A stretch of DNA of 62,425 nucleotides, filler included, from Collodictyon triciliatum (GCA_043381765.1; 4 parts of 4 records of this genome joined end to end with filler, not necessarily neighbours in it), one strand, 5' to 3'. Positions 14,001 through 39,499 are shown, numbered from the whole stretch's first letter. Made by a program: numbers and translations. The notes: generated from the sequence alone by a model not told the origin.

Positions 14001-14238
14001 CAGACATCAGAAATATTATGCTTATGGTGTTTAGCCACAAGAAAGTAAATCAACAATAATGAGTATGTCTACTGAATAAGACCCACGGTATGATCTTGAA
14101 TTGGTTCCGAAGCTTTTTTGCAAGAAGACGATAACCTTGTGACGGTGTAACAATCTCCTTCTTGAGTGTATCAAACATGATTGTCTTGTCGGGGGTTGCT
14201 TTTTCTTCGGCGCCCGCCTTTCCGTACCCGTAGCTCAT
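11040..14238 (-). CDS. IFT52: Intraflagellar transport protein 52 (IFT-B complex); multi-exon
   Basis: Spliced peptides ILGGPRERFTTAE, GGSVLVMLGEGGEGQYGTNINYLLEEFGISVNTDCVVRTVFYKYFHPK, FVYPYGATLNVQKPA, FETPLPPLLPAVFPPTLRELPPPALDLFDLDEHFASEQVRLAQLTNKC, DLEYYIRECGEIVG and last exon IVTWKKLNP* are diagnostic IFT52 motifs. Confidence 0.96.
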
Positions 14239-14879
14239 CTACACAAAGAGCCATGTGCGTAAATGCGTAAGCCATATAATTGGACAAGTCTTTTTTCACA
14301 ATTACAGATGATAACTTTCAGGGGTCATATTTTGTGGCGTTGTTTGTATTTGTTTTCAAATATTTGATTCGACGTGTTGTGTTGTTTGTATACTAAAATA
14401 TTTCTTTTTCTCATATAGACTGCAGAAATAAAATAAAAAGTATTGCCTTCGTATGTCCAACAAAGTAGAAGGAAATAAAAGAATGAGCTGGAAATCAGAT
14501 GTGGGTACTCACTTTGCAACTATAGCGGCTTTCTCTCCTTCTATCTTTTTTTTCTTTTCTTGTTTGTTGAAAAAGAGAGGTACTACTAAACGAGCTTTTA
14601 GTCCTCCTGCATGATGATGAAATAATGAGTCGTGCTTTAGCTGCATTTTGGCATTAGTTGTGGGTGCTTGTCTGTAAGTGTTAGCATTGTCCTTTTCTTT
14701 CCTACGCAAAGGATTTTTGTTTCGCTAACAAAATTAAAACTCTGGAGATGGGGATGGCTGCGATCATCAACAATCAGAGATGGGGCTGATTGCTTTTGAG
14801 GCTGATTGAAATATTCAACAGCACTTTGGAATTATATTGCGTGGAGTCTGTTTCTTAAAGGTTTTTCACTTGAGAGTCG

Positions 14880-15296
14880 TTTTCCTTTTTTTTCTTTTTT
14901 TCTCTTTTTTTCTCTTTTTTCTTTTTTTCTCTTTTTTCTTTTTTTCTCTTTTTTCTTTTTTTCTCTTTTTTCTTTTTTTCTCTTTTTTCTCTTCTTTCTC
15001 TTCTTTCTCTTCTTTCTCTTCTTTCTCTTCTCTCTTCTCTCTTCTTTCTCTTTTTCTTTTTTTCTTCCTTTTCTTTTTTTCTTTTTTTCTTTTTATTCCT
15101 TTTCTTTCTTTTTTCTTTTTATTCCTTTTCTTTCTTTTTCTTTCTTTTTCTTTCTTTTTCTTTTTTCTTTTCTTTCTTTTTATTCTTTTTATTCTTTTTA
15201 TTCTTTTTATTCTTTTTATTCTTTTTATTCTTTTTATTCTTTTTATTCTTTTTATTCTTTTTATTCTTTTTTTTCTTTTTTTCTTTCTTCTTTTAT
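14880..15296. repeat. pyrimidine-rich low-complexity tract including a (TTTTATTCT)n array
   Basis: Read directly; intergenic. Confidence 0.9.
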
Positions 15297-15846
15297 TAAG
15301 CATTCTGATCATATTAGTTAGATGTTATGGAATCATTATTTGTTTCATTTGGATTCAAACAGCAAGCGCATAACGGATTCCAAATATGTATGAATGTACC
15401 ATCAAATGGTAGGTTTTGATATCTAATTGTGGATTTCAATTATATATTGATATATATCCATTAAGTGGGCTTATTAAGTCTACTAAACATGAAAAATATT
15501 TGTGTGTGATGATAATCAATACATACAATGGCTAGACACACACCAAATGACGCCGCATGTGAAAGCGCGAAAAAATGGAAGAGAAAGCAAGGTAAAAGCA
15601 CGGTTCGACGCATATTCATTTATTCATTCACAAGCTAGTGAAGCCTGCTAGTTGCTTAGTTCAATGAGTTTATTTATAAAACACCAGTTGACTTACAGGC
15701 TTGTAAGGAAAGGACTGGAAGCATTATGTCTCTATTCGGGGCGGGAGTCTTCAATGGTTAATTCCCCTTCTTCATACGATCGCCTTTTGTTTTCCTTCCT
15801 TTCTTTTGATTTTCTAAACTACCTGTTTCCTACGTGATCAATTTTC

Positions 15847-16043
15847 TTGTTTTGTTTTGTTTTGTTTTGTTTTGTTTTGTTTTGTTTTGTTTTGTTTTGT
15901 TTTGTTTTGTTTTGTTTTGTTTTGTTTTGTTTTGTTTTGTTTTGTTTTGTTTTGTTTTGTTTTGTTTTGTTTTGTTTTGTTTTGTTTTGTTTTGTTTTGT
16001 TTTGTTTTGTTTTGTTTTGTTTTGTTTTGCTTTGCTTTGCTTT
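15847..16043. repeat. (TTTTG)n pentanucleotide microsatellite
   Basis: Read directly. Confidence 0.97.
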
Positions 16044-16171
16044 GTACTATTATACCTTAAAACAGTGCCAGTAAATACTGTTATAACAAATGAGAAATGC
16101 AATCTGATTTCCTCTCCCAACATTCTTGTTCGGCGTCCTTCCCAGATGACTCACAACGAGCTGGAACCGAA

Positions 16172-23754
<7,583 letters not shown>

Positions 23755-24146
23755 GGATTGCGTTTCTCTTGCTCAAAGAGTACCTCGTCTGCCGACTGAT
23801 AAACTTGATAACATTTGCATCGGTTTTATTTACTTTTTTTTTCTTTCATTTCAACAGTTTATTGAGAGAAAACAAAGCCGAGAAAACCGCCAGATTGTAT
23901 GATTAGAGTATTTGTGTTTCGGGAGAAGGAAAAAAAGGAGATAGAAAGGAGAGAAAGTGTTCTCACACGCAGACTATCCCACCCGAGGTGATTCAGCTCC
24001 AGCGCGATTTCTGGTTGTATTCGAGATTGGCAGAAGAGCAGATGAAGTTGTCGGGTCGATGAAAGTACGCACATGGCAGCTACTTCTCAAATCGAATCCG
24101 ACGAGTCCTTTCAACCGTCTATCTCAGACAAGGTTTACATCCTATT

Positions 24147-24582
24147 TCATTCCACAGGAAGAGTCTTTTGAGGAGACAACGGGTTACTTTCCTTGCGTTT
24201 CTTGCTGGGCGACTCTGACAAAAAGCGATACATCGTTGTTTGTTTGGTATTCACGGAAGTGGCGCTTGACCGTCCCCTGGTTTCGGAACCATGCGTAGCT
24301 GGCAGTGGACTTTGTTTAACCGGAGTATGAATACGTGTTTGTGGTTTTAGAAACATACGCTCCTGCTTGCTCGGACTGTCTTTAGTGCGTGTAGTTCCAA
24401 GCTTGGATTCGACTTGTGCTGTTTGCTTTTGCTCCTTGCTTCTCGGTGCGACGGGCTGGGGCAGAATAAACAGACTATCTTTAGTGGGCGCTGGTTCTTG
24501 TGTTGCCTTCGCTTTGGAGTATCCTTTCGGATAAGTAACGAAGACTGCCTTGATGCCTCCTATGTTAACCATATTCACGTCA
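24147..24582 (-). CDS. 3' fragment of an unknown protein with a disordered tail and a PIP-box-like motif; truncated by contig end
   Basis: Open frame of more than 140 codons running from the gap; QTTMYRFL followed by a basic KKRK cluster near the stop. Confidence 0.55.
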
Positions 24583-24682
24583 NNNNNNNNNNNNNNNNNN
24601 NNNNNNNNNNNNNNNNNNNNNNNNNNTTAATTAATTAANNNNNNNNNNNNNNNNNNNNNNNNNNNNNNNNNNNNNNNNNNNN
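24583..24682. other. artificial contig spacer (44 N + TTAATTAATTAA + 44 N)
   Basis: A 12-mer with stops in all six frames, centred in exactly 100 bp; the same structure occurs three times. Confidence 0.95.
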
Positions 24683-24790
24683 ACATACATACATACATAC
24701 ATACATACATACATACATACATACATACATACATACATACATACATACATACATACATACATACATACATACATACATACATACATACAT
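24683..24790. repeat. (ACAT)n microsatellite at a contig start
   Basis: Read directly. Confidence 0.95.
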
Positions 24791-24868
24791 AGCCTTGATA
24801 AAGCGTAAGAATAGTACTCTTTCAGTTTTATTTGAACCTTTTTCTGACGCTACGATTCATTTCAATAG

Positions 24869-25429
24869 ACTGTATTTTTATATATCACCAAGGAGCCAAC
24901 GCATGCAATAGTGTCTCTTAATCGTCATTTTCCTGAAAATTCGTCATTATCCCAAGCTGAACAACTATTGAGGAGCCAACTCATACATCACATGCACTCC
25001 AGTCATCCGAACCAGACACCAAAATTTCCTGATGAAGCCCAGAAGCCACCTTCCATCGATCTTGACGTAAATCTCGATGGTGATAATGCAAAGGATGATA
25101 CCCCTGTTTCGTCTCAAACCTGCCTGTTGGTGGAATCCCCTGCAAGGGGAGTGAACCCATCACAATCCCCGCTAGTTACGCCGTTAACTCCGCACCAGCA
25201 CTCCTCTCGCCGCCCTTACCGAGCACCTCCATCACCACTTCATGCGGTATATTCTAGGGGGCCAGTAAATTCTCCCGTACATACCTCTAAATGCGAGCGT
25301 GATTCGATATATGCTTTGCGTCGCCTCGCTGCGTGGATGCATGACCTTCCAACAGTCCTTGAAGTCATTCAACACCATGAGTCTGACGAACCAACATATC
25401 AAAACGGAGCAGGTGTCGCTGATGATTGA
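24869..25429 (+). CDS. Terminal exon of a hypothetical protein (Pro/Ser-rich, ending IYALRRLAAWMHDLPTVLEVI...)
   Basis: Open frame of about 185 codons after a CAATAG acceptor, GC higher than flanking introns, followed by AT-rich 3' sequence; no family recognised. Confidence 0.6.
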   Translation, partial: TVFLYITKEPTHAIVSLNRHFPENSSLSQAEQLLRSQLIHHMHSSHPNQTPKFPDEAQKPPSIDLDVNLDGDNAKDDTPVSSQTCLLVESPARGVNPSQSPLVTPLTPHQHSSRRPYRAPPSPLHAVYSRGPVNSPVHTSKCERDSIYALRRLAAWMHDLPTVLEVIQHHESDEPTYQNGAGVADD

Positions 25430-26542
25430 ATTGGAGTTATATGTAAATAAATGAATAAATAAATTAAAAAAACCAACCAACCAACCAAAAGCACACTCAC
25501 ATAACAGCAGAGTGCACATATATTAACAGATATACAAGCAAATTGATGGGCTAAAAAAAAAAAAGGAATGAAAATCTAAATTTTATAATTCAGTATAGAG
25601 TCTACAAGGTGAAATTTTGGATGGCCACTTCTGCATGAATAATAGTGAAACCGTGGTAAGCCAGAAAGAGTCATGATTGTTTCATATAAGGAGAACTTTA
25701 TGCTATTTATTCGCTTGTATTACTCCAAAGATAGGGATGGTCTTTGCGTGACTTATCACAATTGATAACATAAGTTTATCCCTTGTGACTGTGTACATTT
25801 TAGTGTGGTATAATCTTTTAAGAGGATTGTGAACTTTCATCTCTTTCTTCAAACAAAGAACGTCTTTCTCTCTTTAAGTGGGAGTTTGAACAATCTAGTT
25901 GTATGGCTATCTTTTTTTCTCCCGAAACAATATGTTAAACCCAAGCTGAAGGCGGATTACGCGATATTTTTCTATGTGTCATCCAAATCCTAATACACTT
26001 TTCCTTCTTAAGCTGCGCTTGTGGCAATAAGCATATGTGTTTGTCTCTGGATTATCGGGATAGAAAAAAAAAAAGGAGAGTCGTGTCCTTTGCTGTTCAT
26101 TTCTGGTTGGGTATATAACGTAGGAAGAAACCCATTGAGTTAATGCCCTGTTCGAAGGTAGCTTCTGAAACACATCGTGAGAATATGAACAAATAAAGAA
26201 TTTTCTTCAAAACAGACTTTCAGGGAGGAGGAAGTGTGCAGGCAAAAAAATGTGTTCCTTTTTATGTATACTTATAGATAAGTGTGTCGGTTTATATTTT
26301 TTTCTTTTATCTTTTGATTTTTGTACTCAAGTTCTCCCTGAGATTTTTTTCTTTCATGAAGTTCTATTCCTACCAATTAACTAGACTCAGCTTGGTCTAT
26401 GAGTCTGAATACATATTTGTATTGGGGTATGCCCTTGTTTCTTCTGGTAGGATACTTCCTACAATTCTCTGCAGACAAAGAGGGAGGGAGAAAAAGAGAG
26501 AGAGAAACAGTAGAAAAGAAGAAAAAAAGAAGGACGACAAGT

Positions 26543-29500
26543 ATGTCCGAACCCAGAGCAGATACACTGTTCGAGAAAGCTATCGACCTTTTTCACGAAT
26601 GTCGTTTTCGGCGGGTATGGTTGTATGAAGTTCAACCTTGTCTTTAAAATTAGCTCTTTTTTTTCCTTTGGGTGATAATTTTTAGGTATTTAAACGATTT
26701 ATTATATGTGATTATAATTTGCTTTTACATCAAGACATAATTTGTCATTGTAAAAAGGAAATCTTCTGGTTAAAAATGAATCTAAACATGCCCTTCACAT
26801 TTTTTCTCCTCGTGCATATATATGTAAATAGTCCCTCTACTATGCAAGAAAGGCTCTTGATTTATACAGGAGTACAGGTCATTCGTTTGGTGTTATTAAA
26901 GCACTGGACTTAGTGGCCAGTGCACATTACAGTTTATGCGAATACAAGGAGTTCATTTCAAACAATGAAGAGATTCTAAGGTATAGGGCTTATAACTTTG
27001 AATGGAATGCATGCCTGATAAATTAGGTTTTTTCCTTTGTTGAACTGTATCAGAGTTTCCCTTTACAATTAAAAAAGTCTTAAAATGAATTAATCCTAAT
27101 TTATATAAAAGGTTAGCTCTCTTAGAGCAGGACCTTCAGATGGAAATGCGTTCAAAGTCATCACTTTCTGACGGTTTTTTTATTCAGGTATACTTACCCG
27201 AAAAAACTTTGATTATTTTCTCATGTTTATTAACATAATTAAAAAATAAAATAAAAAAGGGCCATAAAGACGTATCATGTCGGTATGTCCATGAGGCATT
27301 GTCTTTATCTGTACAATTGGGAGAAAAAGTCACCGAACTCAATCTTTTGGCTCAAGTTGCTTACTCCGAATGGAAAACACGGACTTCCATTCAATTTTAT
27401 GAACAATCTCTCGATATATCAAAGAAGGTAAATGTTGTTAAGCTTTCCTCTTTATCAAAGTTGATTTAATTTCAATCTATATGCTACCAAAATCATCTGA
27501 TTCATAATCCTGACATTAGTAAGTTCCTTAAAAATTTCGATGATTGAAATATTAGGAATCAGATTTTTTCTCAGTGGCATGGACTTTAACGAATATATCA
27601 AATGTGTATATGAGGGAAGGATCCTACTCTAAAGTACCCATAAGTCATCTCCTTTTTTCTTTTTAGTATTAACAGAAAACAACCTCTTAATTTATTGCTT
27701 TGTTTATGTATTTACTTTCTTAAAAAAATCCAGCGTACTATACAATTCATCACATCGATATATACATATCTGTTTTGCATTCATGAACAACCAACAATTA
27801 AAAATGTCAGAACAATCAACACCATATCCATTCTATTTGTAGGCTGTTGATTGCATGCACCAAGCTCTGCAAGTAGCAAAATCTCATACTTTCACCAAAG
27901 ATTGTCAGTCTAAACTCGAATCTAGGATTTTTAATTGTCTTGGAATAGCAGAATACAACCTAGGGAACTACAGTATCTCTTTCATCAATATTTTAAGTTC
28001 TTCTTTTCTTATTTAATTATATTCGATTCAAAGTTCATGTTCATCTTTTCTAATAATTCATTTATTATGGAGAGAAAAATGAGAGATTTCTTCAATCCTC
28101 ACATATTTCAATAAAAATTTGTTCTAAATGTGGTATTACCATGTATATATTATAGAGATAAGAAGGCCTTACTAAATTACATAACCAACGAAATAATTTT
28201 CCACTCAACTTCCCCAGATTCATCTCAATCCTATCTGCAACAAGGCATTCGGTGTGCACGAAAGTCTAACGACCGCTACTTTGAAGCTGCCATGATGGCA
28301 AATGTAGGTTTGGTGGAGGAAAGAATAGGTGAATCAGAATCGGCTTTGAGGCGCCACAGGTTACTTTTAAATACATTCCTTTAAAAACTAAAATTTAATC
28401 AACATATGCATCCTGCGAGAATTGATTTAGACCTAATAAAATTATCCCTCAGCCGTACACTTCGGGTATTTCGGCATATGGGCGCCAGGCATGAAGAGGC
28501 TTGTTGTCATGTTTATCTTGCAGATGACTACTTACATATGGGGAATGTGATTGAATCCATTAAAAACTACGTGTGTGCCTTTAGAATTGCTCATGAAACA
28601 TGTGACCAAGAGGTAACTTAACTGCACAAAATTCTACGCCTTTTTTTGAAAGAGGGCAGAGCCATTTACTTTTCTATGTTATAAATTATGAATATCTGTA
28701 AATAAATAAAATATTGTTCATAATTATATTCTTGGAAAAAAAAGGTTAAGTCAAGTATATATGGTGGGATGTGTGAGCTGACCTGTTCTGTCGGAGATTA
28801 CCAGGCTGCGATGAAATTCGCCTCGAAAAGATACGAAATGGCAACATTGATCGGAGACCCGTGTCAAGAACAGGTACGATTGGATCTTTCTTTCTATCTC
28901 ACTTTTTCTGCCTTGATTCAAAAAGAAAACCGATCGAGCGAATAGTCTCAATGAATGCCCAAAGTGCTATATAGTCATGTTAAAGGCTTAGAATCATGCG
29001 ATACCTGATTTTAATACAGATGGCATGTCAAAATATGGGATATGTACATTCACTTCTCGGGAATATACGAGAAGCCAACAAATTTTTTGCCCAAAGTTGT
29101 GAGATGGCTATACTCCATAATGATAAAGCATCGTATTGTAAAACATTATACCAATGGGGAAAGGTATTTAATTACTTGTATCTGTTAAATTTTACTTAAT
29201 CTTCTATTATTTTATTTTTATTCTGTCATTATTTCGTTTATAGTATTTACGTGGGTTTTCATATAATTGTTTGTATTTGGTTTATTTTATTTTTTTGATC
29301 ATATCGATATGACATCTGAAAAATTGGCAAAATGGCTCTCAGATATAATATATATCAATTAAAATAATATATACCAGAATCAGTATTTGTAAATAAAAAC
29401 TTATCAAAATGTTGATGTTGCTTTTAGATGGGGCCTTCGAGCGACCACGACGATGGGAATGAAGCATCCAAGGTATTGGACAGACTATCACAATCACATG

Positions 29501-31382
29501 AGCTTTCCAATCTCATTGGTTATGCTCAAGGTATCAAAGAATCTATGTCTGCATTATCCAGAGGTATATTCACACTTTTAATCGAATAAAGGAAAAAATC
29601 CAGAGGTTTGTATATATCAATTATATGTATTCTAGGCTACTTCTCCATTTTAACTTTTCTATTGTTTCCCAAAATAGAACCACCGACAAAAATTGCAAGT
29701 GATTTTCTAAAGCTGCTGAACAGCAATAAATTTTGTGATATTTTTTTTATTCACAAGACAGGTATTGACTCTATTATATGCATTAAAAATCTATAAATAA
29801 ATCTATATATTTTCCATTACAATACATTATATGATGTATTGATCTTGAACATTATTATGAATAAAGGCGGACACCATAAAATCGGAGCTCATCGCAGTAT
29901 ACTTGGATGTAGAAGTCCTTACATGCTCCACATAATCAAAGATACAAAGCCCGGGGATATCGTATCTTGGGAATTGTGTGATTTAAAACTGTTAAACATC
30001 ATACTTCAATACATTTACACTGGTCGGGTTATTGATTATGAGCAAGAAAGAAAAGATGAATTACAATTCATTGCCGATAAAATGGGGCTTCTACACTTAA
30101 AATGGATTCTGGAGTCATCGTTTTCTCTCGATATGAATATTAGTGACTTACCAAATTTTATTAGTGATAGCTTATCGAATGATTGTACAAAATTATTCAG
30201 ATTTATATTAAAGTCTTTGGATGAGGACTTCATGGATGATGGGCTTGATTTGGATGGCTCTATGGAAAATTTCGAGTCAATAACTTTGTATTCTGCTTTC
30301 TATGATCTTGTTATACACGTCGAAGGAAAAGTTATACCTTGCCATAGAGGAATTCTATCTGCCAGGAGTTGGTTCTTTCAACGATTACTTGGTATTGGGA
30401 TGTCGGAATCTCTGTCTTTAGGGGGTGAGTTACTCTTTCGTATGATGAGAGTGCATTTAAATTAATTTTTTTATTCTTCCTTTCAATTTTGTGCAGAGTG
30501 CATTTAAATTATATCATACCTAGAAGCATATGTATCACCGGTGGATATATTTTAATAAATCATTTTCAATACTTTACAGAAGAAAGATATGAGGTTCATC
30601 TTTCAGATGTTAGCTACAAATCTACCCTAGCAATGGTGAAGTTTTTATACACTGGGACGTTGGATGCTGATGGTAGTAATATTATGGAGGTCTTGGTCAT
30701 CTCAGATAGGTACCAATTACCGCGTATGAAAAGGGCTGCAGAAGTAGTCATATCAACACACTTGGACACCGAAAATGCGATTCATGTTTTGGCATCGGCA
30801 GATGCATATAATGCCGGGTTCATTTGAATAATAAATCAATAATATATTATGACATATTTGCAACACTTTATCATTAAAATATAGATAATATTATAAGAAT
30901 AGCTATCTGACTTGCAATAATGAGTAATTTGAAAAACATACTAAAGAATTTTAATAAACCATATTACAGTTGGCTGATCCGAAAGGCTGTGAAATACATT
31001 TTAAATAATTATGTATCATTAAGAAAACATAGTGGATGGGACTCACTAAATGAGAATCTGAGGTTATTCTGAACAGATTTCTAGATGTACATTTGCTTCA
31101 ATTTAATGGCATCTAAGTCTTTTAAGAAGCTTTTAATTATTTTTCTATTAGTTTTTTTGGTTTATTTGTTTTAAAGTCAAAGTCGTAAAATTCATGGCAA
31201 TATATAATTACAATAGAGATCATATTGACGAATGCTACCAACATTCACTCCACCGTACGACTGCTATCTCTCCGCATATAATACCTGAATCTTCAGAGAC
31301 CAGGAGTTCGTTGTTGCAGACAAGGAGGCCATCGCTCCGTTCTCTTCTGAGCACTGGAAAAAGGATACTTGGTTTCAGCTAA
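26543..31382 (+). CDS. TPR-repeat plus tandem BTB/POZ domain protein; multi-exon
   Basis: TPR-like exons: ESRIFNCLGIAEYNLGNY, EAAMMANVGLVEERIG, ACQNMGYVHSLLGNIREANKFF. BTB1: DFLKLLNSNKFCDIFF..IGAHRSILGCRSPY..ILQYIYTG. BTB2: YDLVIHVEGKVIPCHRGILSARSWFFQRLL..MVKFLYTG..DRYQLPRMK..ENAIHVLASADAYNA. Confidence 0.88.
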
Positions 31383-32109
31383 ATCAGAGCATATGCATGA
31401 TATAAATAAGCTACGTCTTTGAGGACATTGATTATTCAAATCGAGTTCCTCTCTTTAGCATAACATCTCAAATAAACATCCAAAAAGATTAATATTAGTA
31501 TTTTTTTTAAAAAAACGATAAAATTAAGTGTAAAATAAGAGAAACCGAAAATCATAACAAAGAAAGGATATAGTAAAAACCAGATAATTGGAAGAAAATA
31601 ACACAGAGGAATAAAAACTGAAGTCAAAGAGAGGTCGTACGAATTTCAAGGGATCAAGTATTGCTGAGGTATCATAATATATCCATTAAGATAAAGAAAG
31701 GTGAAAACAATAAACAATTAATGTAATTAAAGTGAAAAATAGGTTTAAAAGGAAAAATTTATAATCCCCGAAACATGATGCTTGCTAAACCATAGAAAAA
31801 AGAGCGAAAAGGAGAAAACTAATGCATGAAGATGCATGTACAAAATGATTCATATGAAAAAACAACCTATATCGTGCATATATTAATGTCTTATTACTCA
31901 AAACTATAATTTTGGGTATGGTCTTTTTCCTCGTGTTGTATTATATGATTGCGCTATCTTTGAGCAACATGAATTATATCTCATTGATAATGCATGGTTT
32001 CATGATTTATTGCTTTCCTGAAATAAAGAAGCTGAAAATGAAAACAACTAAAGGACTAGAAAGAATATGAGAAAGGTAAAAAAAAAAGAACATAAAGAAA
32101 ATCTCTTTG

Positions 32110-32984
32110 TCATTGCAGGATATCTGGTGTAGGCCAAACAAATGGCTCTTTGTTGGTATCACCTGCGTGGGATGCAACCATTTTCCCCTGCGGCAACAAA
32201 GATGGAACATCCAAAACTGTTCGATATTGAAAAGACCTCGTACTTTCATGAATCTTTGCTTCCATATGTGGCTCGTGATTATTTGCCTTCGAAGCTAAAT
32301 CTCTAATCTTGGCTGATTTTTGAAGGCGTTTTTGAAAAAGGGAAGAAAAAGAAAAGAAAGGTACAGTTAGAAAACGACTTGCAATAAATACCCACGATAA
32401 ATACATACATGCATCATACAGAAAGAATTATATACATTGCACTATGAAGTGAATAAATTATATAATTATTATGAGAAATATCGAGTGGATACATATTAAA
32501 ATGGGATGGGATGTAAGTATAGTGAGTAATTTACTTGCTATTTCTTGAGGGGTCAAGGATTGATGAGCTAATCCATGCCGTCTGTCAATACGTGATTGTT
32601 TCGCACGCGATTCAAATCCATCAACTTGCTCATAATCGTGACTCTTCATATCTCCATTTGTAGTTCCCTAAACCAAATCCATGAGCGACAGATTCCAAAA
32701 ACACGCTTTGCTGCACTATGTGTCGATGAAATAAATTACTGACGCATCGTAGGATCGCATCGTCTTTTTGCCGCTTCGGAGAACTCGCGGACATATCCTC
32801 AAAGTCATTTCGATTCGCGCTACCCATTTGTTCGGTGGTTATGTCATCCGAAAGCAAGCATGACTGAATCAATCGCTTTCCTTCGGTATGTCAAGATAAT
32901 AAAATTTAATCAATAAATCGGGAAATAATAATAATAATAATAATCAATAAATATGGAAATAATAATAATAATAACAACAACAAC

Positions 32985-33079
<95 letters not shown>

Positions 33080-33661
33080 CATATAATAAATATGTGAAGC
33101 ACTTGCATTTACGTGTTGAGATATGAATGTTTTTGTTTTTTTTTTTCAGAAAGAGAAAGAGAGAATTTTGTTATGTGCGATACATACCATCATGTTTCTG
33201 GACGATTGGCTGAAATTTGGGAGTAGCAAAAGAATAAACATGCCCTGTCTCTGATGCAATCAATAGGAGAACCTTTTCATAGGACAGTGCTTTAATGCCC
33301 AGTAGGAATTGCAATTATTTTGGATAAATTTACTCCAAAAATAATTTTGATGATTACTTGAGTTCCCGTTAGTGCACTTAGTTCGAAAGCCTATATTCAT
33401 ATCATATTACAATGTTAACCTTTTAACTTTCTTCTTCACCATTTTGAACTGGCATTATGTTTTCAAATTTGTGTTTTGACTTGAATGTGTTTCAACCTTT
33501 TTCATAATTCCTGCTTTTCTTTTGCAGAACGTAATCAGCCGTCTTCCTCGGTCTTCGATGAAGTTAATTTTTGTCTTACGCTTGTCGAAAGAGTTTCTTT
33601 CCAAGTCTTCCTCTTCAAATCCTGTTGTACCGTGCTCATCATCTGGATTCAATCTGTCCAT
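32110..33661 (-). CDS. SRF: SRF-type (type I) MADS-box transcription factor; multi-exon
   Basis: Spliced MADS box KRKTKINFIEDRGRRLITFCKRKAGIMKK/AFELSALTGTQ/VLLLIASETGHVYSFATPKFQPIV..EGKRLIQSCL closely follows SRF/Mcm1. The 3' exons are less certain. Confidence 0.92.
32925..33075. repeat. (AAT)n microsatellite in a MADS gene intron
   Basis: Read directly. Confidence 0.9.
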
Positions 33662-34039
33662 GCTTTTTCCAACTAATTGGGGCTCTCTTGCCCAACATAG
33701 AAAAATTTCTCACCATAAAGTGCGGAACAGTATCATACAACATATCGCCCAATATAGAGTGACATTTTGTCGACTTTAAAAACACACTTTGGTTACTATC
33801 ATTCTTTGTGAACTTGGTGAGATGAATCTGATTATTGTGTAAATGAAGAAAAGAGCTTTAATCGTGTTTACTATCAAGGTAATTTATAAAGCAAGCTGAT
33901 TATCTTTCTGAATTCCTTTTTATTGTATTGTTCTTCGTCCGTAAACCGTGCTACTCGTTATGGAAGTGTCGTTGCCTTGCCACCTAAATGGCACTTGCGC
34001 AATCGTGAATTCCATTTCTCACTCAGCGCTTCCAGTGCC

Positions 34040-34170
<131 letters not shown>

Positions 34171-34684
34171 TTCTTTTCATACTTTCTTGACTATTATATT
34201 TATGAAGTTTGGGTGGGCACTGTAAATACCAGTCAAAAATCAGTAAAATAAATAAGAAAAGTTGTGCGGTGCGGGTGCTGTTGAACTTGATAATGCTATC
34301 CCAGTGCATATCGATTTTTGTCGAGCTAGAGAAGCCAAGCGCGAGCGCATCTACCAGGATGGAATCAAATAGGATTCGTGCTAAAAAAAATAATAATAAA
34401 TAAATTGAAGCACCCGCGAAAAGCGACAGTAGGTGAGGTTATCGGTGCTACTTGAGTAGACATATAGCTTGCCTAGGCGATACAAAGGCAATATGTTTTA
34501 AACTCGATGCGTATGCATCACATACCCAAATAAAATGAGGGCAAGGATTGAGGAAGAAAAAAAGGCAGTTGAATCGTTCTTTTTCTTTCTCTGTTAAACC
34601 AACAGTCTGTGGTATAATTATAAAGAAGCTAAAATCACGAGTGATATTGGAGACAATTTTTACTTTATTTTTTCCCATAGCGAA

Positions 34685-39123
<4,439 letters not shown>

Positions 39124-39499
39124 AGCGCTCTTGACTGCCTCTATAGGAGCGCGTGGTGTTGGATCCATCTATTATATCTTCTTTTTTTTCTTCAATGAGG
39201 ATGAAGCCTGCAAGTATTCCAAAGAGCGTTAGACTGTAGTGCGTTTTGTTTACGCCACACGATCGTTTCATCAATACTGCCACATAATCCACAGGGTTTC
39301 TTGGTCGAGTATCCAGGAAGAGTTTACCAGAAGTATTGTTTATTGCGCGTTTTTTATTGTTTGTTTTTAGTTCTACTTGACCTGGCTTTTGGACATTGGC
39401 GGACTTTCTATGCTTACCGCTAAACTGTACCAACCACCCTTTTTATAATGGACGCAAGACACTATTTTGCCTCATTTATAGTTTTAAATTGCATTTTTG

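Noticed and set aside
24627-24638. TTAATTAATTAA as a piggyBac TTAA target site or regulatory motif
   Set aside because: Always centred in 100-bp N blocks; it is an assembly spacer.
27973-28218. GTATCTCTT donor as a U12-type intron
   Set aside because: Deviates from RTATCCTT and has no convincing TCCTTAAC branch point.
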